IMG/VR virus record: IMGVR_UViG_3300025099_000012
Coordinates: 1 to 64,000 of that record
DNA length: 64,000 bases
Origin: a virus
Direction: 5' to 3' (one strand)
Below, piece after piece: positions 58,089 through 64,000 of this stretch (position 1 is the first letter of the stretch; every line of letters starts with the position of its first letter). The notes beneath the pieces are model-generated. The model did not search any database, was not told the DNA's origin, and saw nothing but the letters and a program-made list of their open reading frames with translations. The position numbers were made by a program, and so were the translations under genes.

Positions 58089-58277
58089 ATGGCACCTTTT
58101 AACAACGCTGTGTACCTTCAAAATGGTTTTTACAACCGTGAAGAGTACCTTGCATCATTGAAAGAAGAGTATGGAGCGGAGATTGTAGAAGCACTGACTT
58201 CTATTCTTCCAGCGTCTGAAGACTTCGATGGCTTAGTCACCGAACTTGAAGACTACGAGTCCACCACACTGATGTAA
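58089..58277 (+). CDS. small acidic cassette protein
   Basis: Y..NG..NREEYL.SL.EEYG..L..SEDFDGLVT.LED. Confidence 0.65.
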   Translation: MAPFNNAVYLQNGFYNREEYLASLKEEYGAEIVEALTSILPASEDFDGLVTELEDYESTTLM

Positions 58278-58310
58278 ACAAGATTGGCGCTTAACTGCGC
58301 CTTTCTTTTT

Positions 58311-58850
58311 ATGTACTCTTTGCAAGATTACATGAACGCTATTGCATCAACTCACTACGTAGGAATACACCGTACGTCCCCATCTAAACAACGCATCGTA
58401 CATGCGTTTGACTTGGACGACACTATTACGATCAAACCGGATCACTTCAACAACTTAGGGCTTACCAAAGACGAGTTCTTTGATGCCTCCAGGTCATTCG
58501 AACCAGATGACCGTGTTGTTGATTTACTACGGATGATGTATCAGTGGGGCGATTCAATCGCTATATGCACTGCCCGTCCATCGGACAGGCTCACTGAATC
58601 CTATAACTGGCTTCGCAAGTGGTCTATTCCATTCGATTGCATACTTGTGTCCACTGGTGTGGACAACAGCGGTAATACGAAGCAGCACATGCTTCAGTAT
58701 TTACGCAAGCAATATCGAATGGTTGGCACACTTATCGATGACAGCCCTTACAACATTGAAGGTGCACGCCTTCAGAGGATCAAGCGTATCCATGTCCTCA
58801 AAAATTGTGAGTACTGGGACTCTCATCCCGAAGTTGTAACCAAGATCTAA
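58311..58850 (+). CDS. HAD-family phosphatase (PNKP/5'-nucleotidase-like)
   Basis: FDLDDT, CTARP, K, IDDSPYN; start 58311 or 58332. Confidence 0.8.
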   Translation: MYSLQDYMNAIASTHYVGIHRTSPSKQRIVHAFDLDDTITIKPDHFNNLGLTKDEFFDASRSFEPDDRVVDLLRMMYQWGDSIAICTARPSDRLTESYNWLRKWSIPFDCILVSTGVDNSGNTKQHMLQYLRKQYRMVGTLIDDSPYNIEGARLQRIKRIHVLKNCEYWDSHPEVVTKI

Positions 58851-59030
58851 TCTTTATCATGCTTAAACTACTTATTCAACAGCATTCTGCTCCACGAACC
58901 CGTTTCACTGTCAAGTTTAACGGTAAGCATCTTGCTTTCAATACCTTTACTGAAGTTAAAACCTTCATTCTCAACAACCAATAGCCGCTGACTCGCGGCT
59001 TTCTTTTCTCGTGTCCAATGAATTGTCACT

Positions 59031-59153
59031 ATGACTGATGTACAACTTCGTGCTGCTGCTCGACTTAAGGCTGAACTCCTACGTCAGACCAAAGAGCGAG
59101 TACGTGACGCCTATTACCTGCGTAAAGCAGGGGTCATGACAGCCATCGTGTGA
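59031..59153 (+). CDS. small cassette protein (40 aa)
   Basis: MTDVQLRAAARLKAELLRQTKERVRDAYYLRKAGVMTAIV; stop overlaps TGAACAC. Confidence 0.55.
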   Translation: MTDVQLRAAARLKAELLRQTKERVRDAYYLRKAGVMTAIV

Positions 59154-59213
59154 ACACTTGAGGGTCGCTGACTCGCGACTCTCTTTTTTAGTGTTCTTCA
59201 AATCGAATGCTTA

Positions 59214-59423
59214 ATGGCAATCACCTACGACTTCACCATTGTTGATACCAACATCACTGGTTTGTCTAAGGTGGTTCCTCAGAACGAAGCTGCGTTCTGC
59301 TATCTCGTAGATGAGACCGATTACACCGTTTTTGCTGACGGTTCCACTGCTCTATTCGAAGAGCGTGTCGGTGACTTCATCTCCGATGCAGGCCACGCAC
59401 ACATGTGCTGCGATATCGCTTGA
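59214..59423 (+). CDS. cassette protein
   Basis: 69 aa after element. Confidence 0.6.
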   Translation: MAITYDFTIVDTNITGLSKVVPQNEAAFCYLVDETDYTVFADGSTALFEERVGDFISDAGHAHMCCDIA

Positions 59424-59483
59424 GTTAACCACCATTGGCGCAAATTTGCGCCTTTCTCATTTTTTGTAATTTATGAGGTCTAT

Positions 59484-59876
59484 TTGACACAATCGTTTAA
59501 CGTTCCAGATGGCATCTCTATGGATGAGCTTAAATCTCATCTAAATGATGCGAGAAATGAATCAGATATTCACGAAGATTGCACCTGTGAACGTGCAGAT
59601 GCGACAGAAGATTTAATGGAGCTTGCTTCAGAGCAAATCGCATTAACTGGACGTATGACAGACGATCCTGTTGCATTTCACAAAATCATGATGGTCATGA
59701 TTGTATCCAATATGATCGACTTTCACATGAATGTTGCAACTAAAGCAGGTGGAATGGACGATGGTACGTCTCATGCATGGATTCGTGATGCTGGCAAATT
59801 ACAAGCAGTCATGAACATTCTTACGTCTATTTCATGTGGTCCTGATGACCCATATGTAACAGTATCGGGCAACTGA
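59484..59876 (+). CDS. hypothetical protein
   Basis: 130 aa, GAGG upstream of TTG. Confidence 0.55.
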   Translation: MTQSFNVPDGISMDELKSHLNDARNESDIHEDCTCERADATEDLMELASEQIALTGRMTDDPVAFHKIMMVMIVSNMIDFHMNVATKAGGMDDGTSHAWIRDAGKLQAVMNILTSISCGPDDPYVTVSGN

Positions 59877-59937
59877 TTGCCTCAATAGCCGCTTATCAGC
59901 GGCTTTCTTTTTACATGTTCTTTATCAAAGTTTTCCT

Positions 59938-60423
59938 TTGAACAACACTTCAAAACGCTACGCTCAGTTCAACGCTCTTACCGTCACCGGTCGCATCTTC
60001 AATGCTGAGATCGTAGACAACAAAGGCAACAAGTTCTTGAGTGTATCCGTAATCAGCACTGCCTCCAAGGATGGCGCTGACTTGGTCTACACCTTCAACA
60101 ACTCCAATGGCTTGATGAGCCTCTTTGAGAAGGGTTTCTTCTGCAGAGGACGTCAAGTGACTATCACTGGACACATTCACAACGTTTCTGAGGTTTACAC
60201 CACACGAACAGGTGAAGTCACTCTGCGTAAGCGCCCTGAGATCCATCTCACAGGCGTAAACGTACTTGATGGTGGCCTTGGTCCTATGCCTGCCGCAGAA
60301 GGACAAGCACAGCGCTCCTCAATAGGCTCTGTCATCACTCAAGTAGGAACACCTGAGGTGGATGAAACTCCATCTATGGAGCCTGTTGAAGAAGCAGAAG
60401 AAAAGGTTGAAGCTCTTTTTTGA
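59938..60423 (+). CDS. SSB-like OB-fold protein
   Basis: NALTVTGRI..RGRQVTITG..Y..G..EI; acidic tail ending EALF. Confidence 0.6.
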   Translation: MNNTSKRYAQFNALTVTGRIFNAEIVDNKGNKFLSVSVISTASKDGADLVYTFNNSNGLMSLFEKGFFCRGRQVTITGHIHNVSEVYTTRTGEVTLRKRPEIHLTGVNVLDGGLGPMPAAEGQAQRSSIGSVITQVGTPEVDETPSMEPVEEAEEKVEALF

Positions 60424-60431
60424 TAACAACT

Positions 60432-60462
60432 CCCGGCCGTGTATCCCACGGCTGGGTTTTTT
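60432..60462 (+). terminator. intrinsic terminator
   Basis: CCCGGCCGTG-TATCC-CACGGCTGGG then T6. Confidence 0.7.
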
Positions 60463-60503
60463 CATTTTTTAAACTATGGACATCGCAATCTATCTAACTA
60501 TCT

Positions 60504-60752
60504 ATGCCACGTTCGCAATCTACTGCTACGTCCTCACGAAAGTCCAAGAGAACTGATTGGACATACACTTTAACCAAAAGCAGGTATGGGTTATACACAT
60601 CTATTCTTACTGATGGAACTCGAATGGTTACTGGAATGACAGAGGAAGGTGTTCGTGAAGTCACGGACACTATTCACATCCCTGTCATGAAAGGTGAGTT
60701 CGATGGATACACATCAATACCACGTAAGGGTGTAGTGGATGGGAAGCTTTAG
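60504..60752 (+). CDS. hypothetical protein
   Basis: 82 aa ending VVDGKL. Confidence 0.55.
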   Translation: MPRSQSTATSSRKSKRTDWTYTLTKSRYGLYTSILTDGTRMVTGMTEEGVREVTDTIHIPVMKGEFDGYTSIPRKGVVDGKL

Positions 60753-61762
60753 TGCTTGCCGTTCTTACCGTTACCGTTGATCGCCTTATTCATATAGACC
60801 TTGTCTGCAATGACAGTGACTGCCTTACCTTGGTCAGATGTATTGATATCACCGTCAAGTGCTTGACGATAAGCACTTAAAACTGAATCATCTGCAAATC
60901 TTTTGCCTAGCATGTTATTTACTTTAGAATTTAATTCCATTTTAAGTTCTTTATTCTTTTGACGAGTTTCTTTTTGTTTCTGTAATTTACGTAAATACTG
61001 TATTTCTTTAATTTCAGCAAGGTTTTGTGTTAAATCATCTGCATTAGTAACGTAACGTCTACCTTGCAATTGATCTAAAACCGCCAAAGCCATTTCTGAA
61101 CCTTCAGCATTTTGTAAAATTTGATTTAAATGACCTCCTTGTAGTCTTAAATCTTCTTTTAAGTGGGTTAAAACATCACTTTCAGAGTTAGGAACAATAT
61201 GACCTTGATTTGGTTTTTGATGCGTTATTAAATCTTTATATACACGATCATATCCCAAACCTAAATCATAAGCATATTGTGCCATTACTCCTGGTTGTTC
61301 GGCAACATTACGAGCTCCTTCATGCATTCCATGCCTACCACCAAACTTTGCTAACGTTTTTGCTGACATCAATGCTTTTACTGCTTGTTCAAGTTCAGCA
61401 ATTAATTTTGGATTAGTATCCATAGGCAGTGAAGGCATATCACCTCCTGATAGTTCACTTACTAAATATCGCTGAAGTGAGTCATTTTGTTGATTGTGAG
61501 TTAATACTGGATCGCTTTCCTTGTATTTAGACAACGTCCATTTATCTGGTCTTTCTGGATCAGGAATAATATCGTGATAATCTCCTATTTCAGCTCTTAA
61601 AACTTCCCTTTGGGATAACTCTTTAAGAAGCTTATATATCTCTGGGTCATCTTTAAGATTGAATCCATCTGCAATTTCATCAAAGTCTAAATCTCTAGTA
61701 TCCGTATTTAAACGTGATACATCTTGCCTAATTTTTGCTTTACGTAAATTTTCAGATAGCAC
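60749..61762 (-). CDS. hypothetical protein inserted antisense in the early array
   Basis: 337 aa, AT-rich, TACAAT box at 61821-61826. Confidence 0.6.
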   Translation of the reverse strand: MLSENLRKAKIRQDVSRLNTDTRDLDFDEIADGFNLKDDPEIYKLLKELSQREVLRAEIGDYHDIIPDPERPDKWTLSKYKESDPVLTHNQQNDSLQRYLVSELSGGDMPSLPMDTNPKLIAELEQAVKALMSAKTLAKFGGRHGMHEGARNVAEQPGVMAQYAYDLGLGYDRVYKDLITHQKPNQGHIVPNSESDVLTHLKEDLRLQGGHLNQILQNAEGSEMALAVLDQLQGRRYVTNADDLTQNLAEIKEIQYLRKLQKQKETRQKNKELKMELNSKVNNMLGKRFADDSVLSAYRQALDGDINTSDQGKAVTVIADKVYMNKAINGNGKNGKH

Positions 61763-61897
61763 CCATATCTATATACCTATGTGTTGTTTATTGATTACAT
61801 AAGTAACATCTCCTTTAAATATTGTATTTAATTTCTATATCTAACTTGCCGCTGACTCGCGGCTCTATGTTTTAGTGTCCTTTGACACTTAGATCTA

Positions 61898-62118
61898 TGG
61901 AACAACAAATGATCCTGATTTCTAAACCAGAAGTTGAAAGACTTTTATGCAAACTTCAGCGTGCAGAGGGTTATTGCCGTAATGCACGTTCGCCTATTCC
62001 TTTCAACCCTGAAACGGACATCCATGCAGAACCGTGGGAGTTCTTTGTCGGATCCTCTGGATTCGCAGGAATGACTATGCGTGATGTAATCCAATCACTC
62101 GAATCACATCTGAACTAA
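61898..62118 (+). CDS. cassette protein
   Basis: MEQQMILISK.. after last element. Confidence 0.55.
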
Positions 62119-62549
62119 TGGGAACTCGATCTGCTATCGGCTATCTACAACCGTCCGGTCGCGTCCGTGCGGTTTATTGCCATTGGGATGGCTACCCAGA
62201 AAATCAACTCCCGATACTGAAGTCGAAGTACAACACTCTCGCCAAAGTAAGAGCTCTGATTAAACCTGGGTTTATGTCATGCCTGGAAACTACCCACACC
62301 TGGGAATCTGAATACCAGCGCGATGACAATGGTAAAGCGTTATTCGATTTACCTCGGACAAATCTTCGTGACCCGCAGCCTCTTTATCACGCAGAGCGTG
62401 GGCACGGTGAAAAACCCAAAACCAGTAGCAAACCATATGACTACTGGCGCGATATGGATTGTGAATACTTGTATGTGTTCAATGGTACTTGGTGGATTAC
62501 ATATTCACTAACTGATAACCCACATACACGTATGCATATCCATGATTAA
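62118..62549 (+). CDS. conserved phage protein
   Basis: MGTRSAIG..VYCHWDGYP..EYLYVF. Confidence 0.7.
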   Translation: MGTRSAIGYLQPSGRVRAVYCHWDGYPENQLPILKSKYNTLAKVRALIKPGFMSCLETTHTWESEYQRDDNGKALFDLPRTNLRDPQPLYHAERGHGEKPKTSSKPYDYWRDMDCEYLYVFNGTWWITYSLTDNPHTRMHIHD

Positions 62550-62736
62550 ACCTAACCCATCTAAGTACATTTTTACTTAGTATGGACCTGTACTCCCGCA
62601 GAAGAACAGCGTCAGGGAGGCCAATTAGGTTGTAGACATTTTTGCTGTTTCTGTCTACTTAATTAATCGGATCGCCATTTAACCGGTGGTCCGATCCCTC
62701 ACTTGTTGACTTATATACTTTCTAACTTCATTCACC

Positions 62737-63030
62737 ATGGCTAATTACACAATCGAAGTCACTACTGAAGATGGTGGCAACTTTACTTTTCCTTGTGATA
62801 GTGAACAGTACATCATTGAAGCAGCTGAAGAAGCAGGCGTTGAACTTAACTATTCATGCCGTGCTGGTGCATGCTCAACCTGTGTAAGCAAGCTTGTGTC
62901 TGGCACTGTTGATCAATCAGATCAAAGCTATTTGGACGATGACCAACAAGCAGAAGGTTTTTTTATGTCCTGTGTTGCTTATCCAACCTCAAACGTAAAA
63001 ATGATCTCTGATGTTGAAGACCAACTGTAA
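62737..63030 (+). CDS. petF: plant-type [2Fe-2S] ferredoxin
   Basis: YSCRAGACSTC ... DQSDQSYLDDDQ ... CVAYPTS. Confidence 0.95.
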   Translation: MANYTIEVTTEDGGNFTFPCDSEQYIIEAAEEAGVELNYSCRAGACSTCVSKLVSGTVDQSDQSYLDDDQQAEGFFMSCVAYPTSNVKMISDVEDQL

Positions 63031-63210
63031 ATCATTTAATTTCCATGTTTACTACTTCTTGCGTCACATTAATCTGTCTATCATCCTTTTTCAATTCACC
63101 TACTACATTCAAAAGGATTGATAACAAGATATACGAAGTTAGAACTATGGGTGCTATTTATCGATGTGCAAAAAATCAACAAGATGCCTTTGTCTGCATC
63201 TCATTAAATT

Positions 63211-63831
63211 CTAATTAATGGATGGTTTTTTGTACCAATTGGGATTAGCCTTCACACGCCTCTCATGAATTTGATCTAATTGATTTTTCAAAAATACTTG
63301 AGCAGCAGTCTCTTGAGGACTCTCTGCTTGAGATTTTGGTTTATCTAATCCATCGATATAGATTTCATTAGGCACTGGTGTATTACCAACGCCTCCATGT
63401 CTAAATCCAACTTGAGCTCCAAAGTTTCCTTTTTGATATGGATTTACTGTCATATTTACTGATGTTTTACGATCATCAGTTGTATAACTTCCACCAATTC
63501 CACCTTGATTTAAATTAAAGCCGATATTCGGACCCTGAATACTAAGCCCTGAACCTACAGTAACGCTACCGCCTTCACCATCAAATGTAATTGGTGCACC
63601 TGTCACGGCATTGATTAATGGATTTATAGCTGAATGATGCCCCTGGCCACTATTAGCACTTTCCTTAAACCCAGCGTCAATCAGCTGTTGAGGGCTATAT
63701 CGCATCGGTTGAGGACTATTTCGAACCTTAGGTCCATTCCCCTTAAATATTTCAGAAGATACTTCTGATGGAGATGGATCGTAATAAGGGTCTAAATAGT
63801 TCTCTGATGGAGTTTGACCTAAATAGCTCAT
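63211..63831 (-). CDS. hypothetical protein
   Basis: 206 aa, isolated antisense gene. Confidence 0.55.
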   Translation of the reverse strand: MSYLGQTPSENYLDPYYDPSPSEVSSEIFKGNGPKVRNSPQPMRYSPQQLIDAGFKESANSGQGHHSAINPLINAVTGAPITFDGEGGSVTVGSGLSIQGPNIGFNLNQGGIGGSYTTDDRKTSVNMTVNPYQKGNFGAQVGFRHGGVGNTPVPNEIYIDGLDKPKSQAESPQETAAQVFLKNQLDQIHERRVKANPNWYKKPSIN

Positions 63832-64000
63832 TTTAATATATATTCGTTTATATTTAGTATAAACAACGTAATTGTACTCACCTAATCTACCTATTCAATG
63901 GATGAACACATTGGCTTCTTCCCCTTCGACGACATCGAAGAACTGGAACGTGAAGAAGATGAATTGCCTGCCATTCCTGAATGGCCTTCTATCTTCGAAT

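Larger units (their letters stand above)
54142..61880 (+). repeat. dispersed array of hairpin + RTGYYC elements preceding small genes
   Basis: Loop start / box start: 54161/54182, 54433/54454, 54639/54660, 54862/54883, 55090/55111, 55275/55296, 55513/55534, 55900/55921, 57693/57714, 58048/58069, 58990/59011, 59170/59191, 59894/59915, 61854/61875 (all 21 nt); degenerate copies near 56225, 58292, 59443. Confidence 0.9.

Noticed and set aside
54142-61880. CRISPR array interpretation of the repeated elements
   Set aside because: Repeats differ in sequence, intervals are about 180 nt to over 1 kb and encode ORFs, and there are no cas genes; the Cas4-like nuclease is in the replication operon
54142-61880. 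Elements as ordinary intrinsic terminators only
   Set aside because: U-tracts are interrupted and termination does not explain the invariant loop A, 21-nt spacing or RTGYYC box; partial terminator activity is not excluded

Overview
The window is part of a marine cyanophage genome (Synechococcus/Prochlorococcus-type host, inferred from petF, two NblA-like genes, an RpoD-type sigma factor and a cyanobacterial tRNA-Pro(GGG) 3' half). It is probably temperate and short-tailed: there is a tyrosine integrase, an excisionase and an intact attP, and no tape measure or sheath gene is visible. Layout: replication module (1-10.6 kb: SSB-like proteins, exonuclease, primase-VapE helicase, split family-A DNA polymerase); accessory and host-interaction genes plus integration module (10.6-21 kb); minus-strand virion module (21-53.5 kb: tail fibres, capsid, sigma factor, portal, terminase, probable internal proteins); an AT-rich divergence point (~53.5-54.1 kb); and a plus-strand, probably early, region (54.1-64 kb). 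The strongest unexplained signal is in that last region. At least 14 small genes are each preceded by a bipartite element: a covarying GC hairpin with an invariant loop A, then an RTGYYC box exactly 21 nt from the loop start, often with an upstream (G)AACAC that overlaps the previous stop codon. The first element is followed by a 234-nt tract containing only 3 adenines. Other notable signals are a glutamine riboswitch ahead of a DUF4278-like gene, a shared R-x-A-G-[DE] motif at the N-termini of unrelated proteins, two enzymes with lost catalytic motifs, and a 494-nt portal/scaffold dual-coding overlap. All calls come from reading the sequence and recalling families; no searches were run.
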